Origin: Octopus vulgaris
Taxonomy: Eukaryota
Direction of reading: 5' to 3'
Assembly: GCA_951406725.2 (NCBI GenBank)
Contig: OX597822.1
Location: forward strand, 74,958,001-75,022,000
DNA: 64,000 nt
A program made the position numbers and the translations under genes. The notes below the pieces were generated by a model that saw only the letters and a list, made by a program, of their open reading frames with translations, ran no database searches and was not told the DNA's origin. Shown here one piece after another: positions 53,309-64,000 of the stretch (position 1 is the stretch's first letter; every line of letters starts with the position of its first letter).

Positions 53309-54829
53309 CATTCCACAGCCCTACGTCCAAGGTTAGCTCTGGTAGAAGCAGGACGTATGATCAAAGGCATTCCGATTGTGACCATCTCTATAAGCAAGCA
53401 GTGATGTAGCTGGAATGCGAGTTGCTCGGGGCAGTCCTTGAATTTGCCGACTCCTCGACTCCGTCCGGTCCCTATACTGATTTACACAGCAGATCAAAAA
53501 TGCCGACCCGTAGAAGCGTCGCACGAGGCGGATCGCCTTTGCCGTCTCATCCCGCTACCTACGTTATTATATGCAAGAAACTTCGATACCCAACGTAGCC
53601 TATTTTATGACTGTAAGATTTGCTTTGAGAGAAGCTGTCTGCTATTTTTAGCAAGCCAGGCGACCACACCGTGTCTACTCCCCTCTCTGGCGCCGGTGCA
53701 GTGTTCTATTGTAATGGAATGTAATATAGGAATTGGTTCCCGTCTATTCATGTCTTCACTCTAATCAATATTAGTTTGTGACGAAAGCCGCACAACCTAA
53801 TCAAATATTTCAATATATTCTACATATTAACTCTTTGATTTGTTTCTTTCATTGAAAAGTGAAGAAGATAAATAAATAAATAAATGAATAAATAAATAAG
53901 CTGATGTTGTTCGGAGTAGAGACATTTACTAAATCTTCCAATCGTCTTCCACATTTTGTCTTGTTCCTTCCGTTATATTCTTCCTCCTCCAGCTGAATAT
54001 CCATCCCTCTCGCTTCTATCATCATCATTGTCGTCGTCGTCGTCGTATCGTCGTCATCATTGCCACCGGTACCACCATCATCGCCATTACTGCCGCCTCC
54101 CTCCAGTTCTCCATCTCACCCACGCTTTAACTCTGTTACAGGTTATCAAGTAGAAGAGACGAAAGGCGTTAATTTCCTGAACCAAGTCCAAAATCACACG
54201 TTAATTTTGATTGAGAGATTTAGGTTGCAATAAATTTAATAAATCCCCAACAAATTGTAACCTTTATTTTTACAACGACAACCACAACAACGCAATTTAA
54301 ACAAAGTGAAAGAGAGAGAGAAAGTGAGAGAGAGAGAGAGATGAAAGGAGAGGGGGAAGAGTGTTTGCGGTAGACTGTCAGATTCTGTATTTTGTACGCT
54401 TCACTATCTTTTTGTTTTCGTTTTTGTTTTTATGCAGTTTTCTATTTAAACTTTTATTGATATTTCCATTGCTAAATGTTCTATTGTGAAAATATTTTTA
54501 CGTGCCTTGAAGTGGTCTTCACAGTCAATCACCAGCGCACACACACAATCGGAATGTGTGCATTCAAACATATACATGCATGTACAACTCCACTTACGTA
54601 TATGTCTCAACAAGTGTACATACAACCATACATACATATGTATATATTTGTGTGTATATATGTGAATATATCTGTGTATATATATATATATGTCTATATA
54701 CATGTGTATGTATATATATGTGTATGTATATATATATGTGTATATATATATATATGTATATATATGTATGTGTATATAAGTATATATATGTGTGTGTATA
54801 TATGCATGTTTATATATGTATGTATATGC

Positions 54830-54888
<59 letters not shown>

Positions 54889-54889
54889 C

Positions 54890-55039
54890 ATCCTTGGTGT
54901 TGTTTTGCGTTTATAATAAAATAATAATATACAACTTATAAAAATTTAAAAATGTACAGTACTGTTTCTACTTCGCGGATTTTCAACAATCGCGGTGGTG
55001 TTTTGGAACGTATCACCCGGGATAGTCGAGGTATTACTG
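54890..55039. mobile_element. Partial pogo/Tigger-like MITE
   Basis: Matches 8440-8590, including the right TIR. Confidence 0.65.
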
Positions 55040-55174
55040 TTTTTCGAACGCTGCAATCGCCGTAATTTCACCACACGATCTGAGAGAAAAACCTTTGCTA
55101 TGCAAATACACCTCCTGAGTATACACACACATACACACACATGTACATATATATATATAGACACACATATACGC

Positions 55175-55310
55175 GAGTGAATGCGGACGAAAGAAAACAG
55201 CACTCAACACATTTAGGTGTTACATGTATTATTTAAAACCGCTCGATTCGGTTTCCGTGCTGCTTTAAGTTTCGCAGGCCCCTAACGGAGTCCGTCTTCT
55301 TTAGGTTCTG
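55175..55310 (-). mobile_element. PLE-terminal module related to 14596-14725
   Basis: 'actcaacacattta...gattcggtttccgtgctgctttaagtttcg'; the minus strand has a degenerate CTAAAGA...CGAAAC. Confidence 0.5.
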
Positions 55311-55452
55311 GAATGGCCGAATGAGGAGGTCTAGGAAGTCCAAGATGGTTGCCGGAAGATGGGCTGCTATTGGTCAAGGAGGGTCATATGTGTATAAGTT
55401 TGTGTGTATAAGCTTGTGTGTTTGCGCGTACGTATACATTCGTACATACATA

Positions 55453-55845
55453 TATACCTGTAATTATTGGGGCCCTGGGATATGTAACACACTGCCTAAA
55501 TACCAATCTTCAGAAATTAGGCTTCTCAAAACCAGAAAGGAGAAAGCTAATTCGAAGACTACAGATCCAATCCATCACTGGAACTGTAAAAATCTGTAAG
55601 ACTTTCCAGAAGTTTATCATTTAAATATATATGAACATGTCTAGGTATGCAACTATATGCATGAGAATACATACATAAAGCATAACATACAAATCTGCAC
55701 ATATACATACATACATACATATATGCGTACATGCATACATACATACATACAAACAAAAATACTGTTGATGATGTTGAAATTCCAACGAAGGAGCCTTGGA
55801 TCTGGGTTAGAAACCGGTTCTTTATTGGCAAGAAATATTGAAATG
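55453..55845 (+). mobile_element. 3' end of an RLE-type LINE (C-terminus plus 3' UTR)
   Basis: IPVIIGALGYVTHCLNTNLQKLGF...LQIQSITGTVKICKTFQKFII*, followed by a 3' UTR. A short remnant of that UTR is also at about 31275-31320. Confidence 0.8.
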
Positions 55846-56974
55846 AATCCGAACAGTGACAAACATACATATATCACGAGTCAATGGTCAATGTTATACA
55901 TCTTTCATAAATCGTTAATGACAGCTACACAATCTCTGTCTAGAGGAAATGATAATCCTTCAGCAATGTGAAATTTTAGCATGCAGGCTGATCCGTAACT
56001 TATGCATAAAGACTAAAAAAGAAAGACAAAAAATGACAGAAAACGAATAGAAAAGTTAATTAATGGGATAGGCAATTTTCGCAAATTTTGACAACGTTCG
56101 TGACGTTTCAAGCCAAGCCGTTTGTCAGTATTCACGTTTGTCTCTCTACAGCATATAAAATTACACAAATTTGAGAACTTCAGTAAATTATTTTTCCCGA
56201 CATAGCTTGCCATTAGTTTCTTCGGTTTTCATTATTATGTAATATAACTGTGCACGAGAAAAGCTACAATAATACCTTTAAAATGACTTATCGATTCAAT
56301 ATAATGTGATCGTAATGTTATATAGACATTATATGAGAATCTAAGAAATTACACGGACTTGGCTGTTAAAAGGAAGCTATTATGGCACACATACGAAATA
56401 TTCATAATAGTACATTTAATACGTTTAATTACTGTTAGAAAGACAAAGACACTAATTAAAACCACTGACAAAGGAAAGTTAAAAAAAGGCAATAATAATA
56501 AGAATAAAGATTATAATGATAATTAGAATTTTTTGTCAACAATGTCCTTTCATAACTTGGACATTTGTTTGTATGTTTGTCAGGTTTCTTTTTATTGTTG
56601 TTCTAATTGTCACTAAATAATGTCTGGAATGTGTAAACCGGTTGTATCTATTGAGCCTTATTTAGTAGACACATGCGCGCGCGCAGAAACAGACAGACAC
56701 ACGGATTCTATTGTTCTGTTTTAGCTTGTATATAACATGTGAGTACAGCCCAAAGATTGTATGAAAGCACCAGACATATTATAAAATGGTGTTTGTGGTT
56801 TTCATTACATGAAACTATAAGTTGCTTAAAAACAATGTACTGTTTATCAAACTATATATATATATATATATATATAACGGGAAGCTTTATGAAAATAAAC
56901 AAAAGACGAAGGCAGGTGGAAAACAAACGAACAATTGTATTAGTATGGCGCTCAGGAAATATAAATAAAACAAG

Positions 56975-57010
56975 TCTTTAACGTTTCGAGCCTACGCTCT
57001 TCAACAGAAA
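56975..57010 (-). ncRNA. Minimal type I hammerhead-like motif in the PLE terminus
   Basis: CTTT-CTGTTGAA-GAGCgtagGCTC-GAAACGTT-AAAG: stem I, stem II and a palindromic AACGTT stem III. The core differs from CUGANGA at A6. Confidence 0.5.
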
Positions 57011-57196
57011 GATACACAGAGAGAGAAAAACACAGAAAGAAGGAGAGAAAAAAAATGCGTGCAGTAGCTAACGAATCAACATGGCGATCTGATTTCGGCC
57101 AGAGGTCAAAGATCAAACATGAGACGCGAGAGCGAAATAAGGGGAGATAATAGGGTTGATAAAAGGGTTGAGGGACCAGCTAAAAGTGCGTGGGAG

Positions 57197-57510
57197 GGGT
57201 CTGGATGTGTGTATGTATAGGGTTGGTGTATGTATTAGTATGTATAAGGGTGTGTGTGTGTGTGTGTATGAGAGAGTATTAGTGCGTAAGATTGGTCTGG
57301 ACGTGCGTATGTATGGGGTTGGTGTATGTATTAGTATGTATTAGTATGTATTAGTACGTATTGGTATGTATAGGTGTGTGTGTGTGTGTGTGAGAGAGTA
57401 TAAGTGCGTATGCGGGGTCTGGACGTGTGTATGTATAGGGTTGGTGTAAGTATTAGTATGTACTAGTATGTATTAGTACGTATTAGTATGTATTAGTTGG
57501 TGTGTGTATT
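57197..57510. repeat. Three tandem copies of an approximately 100-120-bp unit inside the PLE 3' region
   Basis: Units begin 'ggtctgga(t/c)gtg' near 57197, 57293 and 57416. Confidence 0.8.
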
Positions 57511-57836
57511 AGTATGGCACATCATATGTGATGTGATGTGTAAAGTCATGTGGTGTAGTGAGAAGAGGGGGAGGGGGAGAAGAGGGGGGGAGAAGGCGAG
57601 GGGAAGAAGAGGGGGAGGAGAAGGGGGAAGAGGAGAGGATGGGGGAGAAGGAAGGGGAGGAGAGGGATGAAGGAGGAAAGAGGGAGAGGGGGAGAGAGGG
57701 AGTGAGGGAGCAGAGGGAAGGGGAAGAGGGAGGGAGAAAGAGGGAAGAAGGGAAGGGGAGTAGGGGTGAAAGGATGAAGGACTGAAGAAGTAGGGGTCGG
57801 GGGGAGAAAGGATAGGTGAGGAGGGGGAGAGGGGGG

Positions 57837-58571
57837 TTAGATGAGGAGGGGCGGAGAGTTGAGACCAAATGGCGTATAAGAGCGAAGAGAGAAGATTAAT
57901 TCCTGTTCACGGCGCAAACGGGAATCCGGATGGCCTCTGTGTAAGGACAAACCGAACACAGATAGGTGTTGCAAGGAGTGACCGGTGGAGCGGAAATGGC
58001 GTGAGACCGGTGTGTCGTTCGCAAGGTGGATGTCACGAAGGTGTTCCGCGAACCGGTCAGCCAAGCGGCGTCCCGTTTGTCCGATGTACAAGGAATTGCA
58101 GAGAGAGCAAGAGATGCAATAGATAATATTGCTGGAGGTGCAGGTGAAGGAGTGGATGATGGGATAGGGTCGATGGTGGGTGCTAGTGAGGCGGGTGGTG
58201 TTGGAGAGGTAAGGGCAAGTGCGGCAACGTGGGCGGGAGCAGGGGAACGAGCCGGGTTGGGAGGTAGGGTCAGGGAAGGAGCTATGGACCAAAAGGTCTC
58301 GAAGGTTGTGGGCTCGTTTGAAAGAGGGGAGGGGTCGGTTAGGGAAGAGGTGTGAAGTGGACGGGTCGGACTGGAGATGACGGAAAGCTCGAAGAATGGT
58401 GCGTTGGAGACGTAGGGTCGTGGGGTGGTAAGTGAGGGGAAAAGGGAGGCGGGAGACTACAGGGCGGGTTCGGGGAGAGAGAGCAGATACACGGTCCACG
58501 GACCGTGCTCTGGCAAGGGCGGTGTGGATAGTGGTGAGGGGGTATCCACGTAGGGTGAAGTGGTGAGCCAT
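57837..58571 (-). CDS. C-terminal 244 aa of a PLE polyprotein: RT thumb/linker, Cys-rich linker and GIY-YIG endonuclease (ATG is internal)
   Basis: Uninterrupted frame with RGYP, LTYHP, FKR..NLRDLLV, C..PRC.TC, FTCTSSNIIYCISC..C..LYIGQTGRRLADRFAEH, VSRHF, RLRREQELI and PFGLN. Confidence 0.9.
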   Translation of the reverse strand: MAHHFTLRGYPLTTIHTALARARSVDRVSALSPRTRPVVSRLPFPLTYHPTTLRLQRTILRAFRHLQSDPSTSHLFPNRPLPSFKRAHNLRDLLVHSSFPDPTSQPGSFPCSRPRCRTCPYLSNTTRLTSTHHRPYPIIHSFTCTSSNIIYCISCSLCNSLYIGQTGRRLADRFAEHLRDIHLANDTPVSRHFRSTGHSLQHLSVFGLSLHRGHPDSRLRREQELIFSLRSYTPFGLNSPPLLI

Positions 58572-58581
58572 ACGTTGAGAC

Positions 58582-58631
<50 letters not shown>

Positions 58632-58634
58632 TCG

Positions 58635-59042
<408 letters not shown>

Positions 59043-59978
59043 ATCTTTTACATATATATCCCCACAACAAAAAAATCACAGACAGACAGGGGATCTCGCA
59101 GGCCAAGCACAAAGAGCAAGGTCTTGGGCTCCTTTCCGACCAATCCGGCATTGGGGCACTTTTTCATTTAAAAAAGCTCGAACCATCAGATGCCGATGGA
59201 GCAGTGCTCCATCTTGCTGAAAAATAAAGTCATGCGAATCTGCTTGCAGTGAAGTGACGAGCCAGTTTTGGAGTATATCAAGATAGATTTGCCCTGTAAC
59301 GGTGCTTCATTCAAAGAAAAATGACTATAAACCTTGTTCTGAGACACAGCACAGAAGACGTTTACTTTAGGGGAATCTCTTTCATGCTCAACTATTTCAT
59401 GTGAGTGCTTTGTTCCCCAAATGCGCACATTGTAACGACTGACTGCGCCGCTCAAGTGAACAGTCGTTTCATCACTGAAAATTAAACGTGTAATAAAGGT
59501 TTCGTCTTCAATCATCTCCAACATCGATTCGCAAAATTCCATCCGCTTCCTCTTGTCGAGGCATAGTCTGTATGGTTTCAAATGTAGACGTCTTAGCACA
59601 CGCCAGATAGTGGATTGAGGAATCGCAAGCTCACTTTGTAGTCATACGCAGGCTCGCCTCACAGGCAGTACGGATTCTTGCCACTTGTTTCTCCGAAACT
59701 CTCGGTCGTCCTGGACTTTTTTCTTTACACAGACACCCACTCTCTTGAAACTGTTGAAACCACCGTCGAATGTTCTTAGGAGAGGGCGGATTTATGTCGA
59801 ATCGCCTTCGAAAAGCACGCTGCGCCGTGACAATCGAATTTGTTTTCACAAACTCGAAAACGCAGAACGCCTTTTGCAGAGGACTCACCATTCTGAGTGT
59901 AAACAAACAACTAAAAGTTGCCGGAAGAACGACGCGACTACAGCGTCCCTGTGGCAGCCATTCAAAACTTCGAAAAAT

Positions 59979-60249
59979 CCATTACCCACTAACCTTGATG
60001 ACCTTAAACATTGAATAACAACAACGATCAACTCAGTGGATCGTGATATGCAGATACGCGTCTGAAAGGAATTCTCTTATCACACTGATGTTGCCCATGC
60101 TGCAGGTGGTGGCCACATTGAACACTTGTAAGACAGGAAGTAAAAGTTGATTGTGAGTAAATACTTGTGACTTAGCTGGAGTTTTCTATTGCTTTCCCTT
60201 ATTAATATATTGCGTAATGAAATTGGTTCACTCTTTTTGTATAACCCTG
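59979..60249 (+). mobile_element. C-terminus and right TIR of the same transposon, in the opposite orientation
   Basis: Plus strand reads PLPTNLDDLKH*ITTTINSVDRDMQIRV*KEFSY..DVAHAAGGGHIEHL*, then the TIR-like ...ctctttttgtataaccctg and TA. Confidence 0.8.
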
Positions 60250-60444
60250 TATATATATACAGAGAGCGAGAGGTATGGATAGATGTGAACTGGAGGGGGA
60301 TATTTGTGGGTGTATGTATGTATATGTATGTAAGCATGTGGGTATGTGTATGCATATAGGTTAATATGTGTGTGTATGCATATGTATATATGCATATGTG
60401 TGTATATATACATGTGTATGGATGCGCATTTATGTGTTTGTGTG

Positions 60445-60508
<64 letters not shown>

Positions 60509-61009
60509 TATATCGGTTCACCCCAAACACCCCCAAATCCTGGTTTCAAAGCGAGCGTCTTAACAACACAGCCATGCATGTATATTTGTATTAACTCTGT
60601 TTCAATGTTATTGAAAACCCGACTATCTTAAACACTTATCTGTTTTTAAAGACGGTTTCTTGTTCGTATAAGTTCTTCATCTCGTATCTGGAACATATTT
60701 CCAAGGTTACTTTTCGCTTTTTCTTTTATTTTATCTCTCCTTATCACGTCTTCTAGGCGAGATGTTTACAGTACCAGTTGTTATTTCACTGTTTTTTTTT
60801 TTCCTCGGCAATTTTAGCTACAAAAACACATTCATCTTGAGTAGAAGGTAAGATGGGAAACTGTTAAAATGTCGATGAACTTTGGAAATTTCTTTTTGCA
60901 AATGAAATTTAAATACCTTATAAGGAAACTCATAAAATACTCTATAAAACGCCGAGTATCAGTCAGAGATGTATGAATCGATGGTAACAAATTTCTTGTT
61001 CTAATTATT

Positions 61010-61340
61010 ATTTTTATTATTATTATTATTATCTCAGGTTTCGTTGTAACTTGTGGAGTCTTGCATGCGTAGCAGGCTTACTGCCTGCAGTCTGTTATGC
61101 TATCCGTTCTTTTCGGCTATCAAATACTTTCCTGATTATTCTGGCCGTACCAAGGAGGCAAGCTTATTGTAACAGTTCTACTGGACACTATCCCGATTTC
61201 CTTTAATTCCTCTTGATGCCATCCCAAAGACCTAACCCCAAAGACCTCAAGGGCCCAACAATAATTGGCATACTCCACCTTCGTTTTCCATAGCCGTGCT
61301 ACTTCGTACTTAAGAGGATTTTATGTATCTATTTGTTATT
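61010..61340 (-). mobile_element. 3' end of an RLE-type LINE with (AAT)n tail
   Basis: Minus strand reads LKYEVARLWKT...PIIVGP...ACLLGTARIIRKVFD; same family as 862-1020. Confidence 0.75.
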
Positions 61341-61471
61341 ATTATTAATATTAGGGCCTTGAGCCAGAAATTAGAAAGAATTATGGTTATTGATTTTGTT
61401 CTGGCTATTGCTGTTCCTACCGTTATTGGTATTATTTATGTAGTCCTGGGCCTATGTTGATAACGATTAAT

Positions 61472-62058
61472 ATACTTTTCTACTCTAAGCACAAGGCCCG
61501 AATTTTGGGGGAAGGGGGCCAGTCGATTAAATTGACTCCAGTACGCAACTGGTACTTAATCGACCCCGAAAGGATGAAAGGCGAAGTCAACCTCGGTGGA
61601 ATTTCAACTCAGAACGTAACGGCAGACAAAATATCGCTAACGTTTCTTATTTCTTTATTGACCACAAGGGGCTAAACGGAGGGGACAAATAAGGACAGAC
61701 AAAGGGATTAGATCGATTACATCGTCCCTAGTGCGTAACTGGTACTTAATTTATCGACCCCGAAAGGATGAAAGGCAAAGTCGACCTCGGAGGAATTTCA
61801 ACTCAGAACGTAAATACAGACGATATATCGCTAACGTTTCTTGTTTTTTTATTGCCCACAGGGAGCTAAACATAGAGGGGACAAACAAGGACAGACAAAG
61901 GGATTAAGTCGATTACATCGACCCCGGTGTGTAACTGGTACTTAATATATCGACCCCGAAAGGATGAAAGGCAAAGTCGACCTCAGAACGTAACGGCAGA
62001 CGAATTACCGTTAAACATTTCGCCCGGCGTCGTAACGTTTCTGCCAGCTCGCCGCCTT
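61472..62058 (-). mobile_element. Trimeric SINE-B
   Basis: Three cores, flanked by taacgattaat at 61461-61471 and 62062-62072 (probable TSD). Confidence 0.88.
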
Positions 62059-62086
62059 AGGTAACGATTAATGCTATTAGCTTTTA

Positions 62087-62301
62087 AGGCTGTGAGCTGG
62101 CAGAATCGTTAATACACCAAGCAAAATGCTTACCAGTAATTTGTCCTTTACGCTCTAAGTTCAAATTCCGCCGAGGTTGACTTTACCTTTCATCCTTCCG
62201 GGGTCGATAAAATAAGTACCAGTTGAACACTTAGGTCACTCTAATCGACTTATACCTTCCTCTGAAACTGCTGGCTCTGTGCAAAAATTTGAAATCAATA
62301 T
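62087..62301 (+). mobile_element. SINE family B monomer
   Basis: Head and core present; TSD tattagctttta at 62075-62086 and 62302-62313. Confidence 0.88.
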
Positions 62302-62721
62302 TATTAGCTTTTATTTATTCATTTATTTATATATTTTTAGCTTTGATTAAAAAAATTGTTTACATCATAAGATTATATATATATATACATAATGTCTTCT
62401 CCCCGCGGTTAATAACATTTTATCGATAAAAAATTTGAAAGAGTTTCAAGTTTGACATTCACGCACTTGTCTCTGCCGTGCAGTCTCACAACATCCAACC
62501 GTTCACCTATAAATGTATGTGTATTTGAATTTCATGTATCTACGCATGCATGATTTTAATTCAGTGCTGTTTACGAGTGAAGAATTTGGTTGTATGTTGT
62601 TTACGACTTGTGAAGAATATAAAATATAAGTTGTTTTCGTAGGTGAATAGCTCAAGCTAGTTCAGATCGAACAGATCGCTTAGAATTATAACGTAAACAT
62701 CATTGGTAGAAACATATCGTC

Positions 62722-63100
62722 GTGGCACTCCGTCGGTTACGACGACGAGGGTTCCAATTAATCCAATCAACGGAACAGCCTGCTTGTGAAATTAACGTGC
62801 AAGTGGCTGAGCACTCCACAGACACGTGTACACTTAACGTAGTTCTCGGGAAGATTCAGTGTGACACAGAGTGTAACAAGGCTGGCCCTTTGAAATACAG
62901 GTACAACAGAAACAGGAAGAAAGAGTGAGAGAAAGCTGTGGGGAAAGAGTATAGTAGGGTTCGCCACCACCCCCTGCCGGAGCCTCGTGGAGCTTTAGGT
63001 GTTTTCGCTCAATAAACACTCACAACGCCCGGTCTGGGAATCGAAGCCACGATCCTACGACTGCGAGTCCGCTGCCCTAACCTCTGGGCCATTGCACCTC
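62722..63100 (-). mobile_element. SINE family C, tail type 1, full length
   Basis: Head ggaggtgcaatggcccagaggttagggcagcgg; tail ...gtcgtcgtaaccgacggagtgcc. Confidence 0.9.
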
Positions 63101-63484
63101 CACGGTAAAACATATACATATATGCAATCAATTTAGATGTTCCATAATGTCTGCATAATTTAAAAGATTTTTTGCAAATAAGAAGCAGTTTGGATAAATG
63201 GCTTTTACAATAGCTTCGAGTCAACCGAAGTTCCGTGAGTTAAAATGCATTCATGAATATTTTACAAACCACCGACTGCTCTGTGTCTTCTCATGATTAA
63301 TGAACTTAATCTTTCGATCGATTGACCCAATGATTCTCAGTGTCCATGTGGCCCTTTAGGAGTTCATATAAGGTTTTGCTGTTTAAATTTATGTGCAATA
63401 AATTGGTTTTATTTCTACAATACAAAAAATTCTTGAATTTTTTAATACAATTCTTGGCATACATACATACATACATACATACAT

Positions 63485-63543
<59 letters not shown>

Positions 63544-63774
63544 TACATACATACGTACGTACGTACGTATGTACGTACGTATGTATGTATATATATATAC
63601 GTACGTACGTATGTATGTATATATATATATATATAACAGGATTTTTTAAATGTACATTGAATGGCTGTGTAAGTTCAGAAGAGTAAAATGTAAACCAAAG
63701 GAGCCCATAGGCAAAATAGGATTGAGAATATTTGGATTAATACAACCAACTAGTCCGTGCATACGTAATGATTT

Positions 63775-63815
63775 CCATTCTGATGAAGCATTCAGATAAG
63801 GGTATGAAACGTCTT
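63775..63815 (+). ncRNA. Possible degenerate hammerhead motif
   Basis: CTGATGA-agcattcagataagggtat-GAAACGTC has canonical core boxes, but stems I and II pair poorly. Confidence 0.3.
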
Positions 63816-64000
63816 GCAAACAGTCGTTTTGGCGTCGCTGTTTAGACGCTGACCTATTTGGCACAAGTAGTTTTTTTGTGCTGGTTAGCCTCAAACTTGT
63901 AATCAATTATAAAACTACTCGACTCCTAAACTTCGTTAAACTTCCGGCCTCACTTTATGGTGGTTGGTGAAATATTGAGGAAACAAGAAAAAGAAAATTT

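Larger units (their letters stand above)
56876..58584 (-). mobile_element. 5'-truncated Penelope-like retroelement (Neptune-type)
   Basis: GIY-YIG ORF, then a pyrimidine-rich and tandem-repeat 3' region, then a terminal module with a hammerhead-like motif. Both ends abut (TA)n. Confidence 0.88.

Noticed and set aside
56230-56413. Faint inverted similarity (also 62489-62598)
   Set aside because: Only short matching blocks in AT-rich DNA; not distinguishable from chance by eye.
57869-58355. Plus-strand ORFs of 85 and 109 aa
   Set aside because: They are antisense shadows of the GC-rich Penelope ORF.

Overview
This is repeat-saturated, AT-rich animal non-coding DNA. The SINE repertoire and the extreme (TA)n/(CA)n/(TACA)n/(AG)n/(AAT)n density point to a coleoid cephalopod, most likely Octopus (inference). 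I cannot support any host protein-coding gene; there is only one weak candidate micro-exon near 35.9 kb. Nearly all ORFs in the supplied track are microsatellite or SINE read-throughs. Recognisable content: (i) three to four tRNA-headed SINE families with about 30 copies, some multimeric and some sharing swapped heads and tails; (ii) decayed Tc1/mariner transposons (two mariners, two Tc1 copies, one rosa/DD41D-like element that is internally inverted); (iii) hAT and pogo/Tigger-like MITEs and a Helitron-like end; (iv) LINE relics of the R4/Dong-type RLE, CR1 and Tx1/L1 classes; (v) Penelope-like retroelements (PLEs), including a 5'-truncated Neptune-type copy with an open GIY-YIG frame and a Naiad-like RT relic. 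Two things stand out. First, many short PLE-terminal modules carry hammerhead-like folds with non-canonical cores and dock at (TA)n tracts. Second, at least seven fold-back inverted duplications of graded age are present, including a perfect 131-bp-arm palindrome, and several are centred on or abut (TA)n microsatellites. All alignments were done by eye, so coordinates of diverged copies are approximate.
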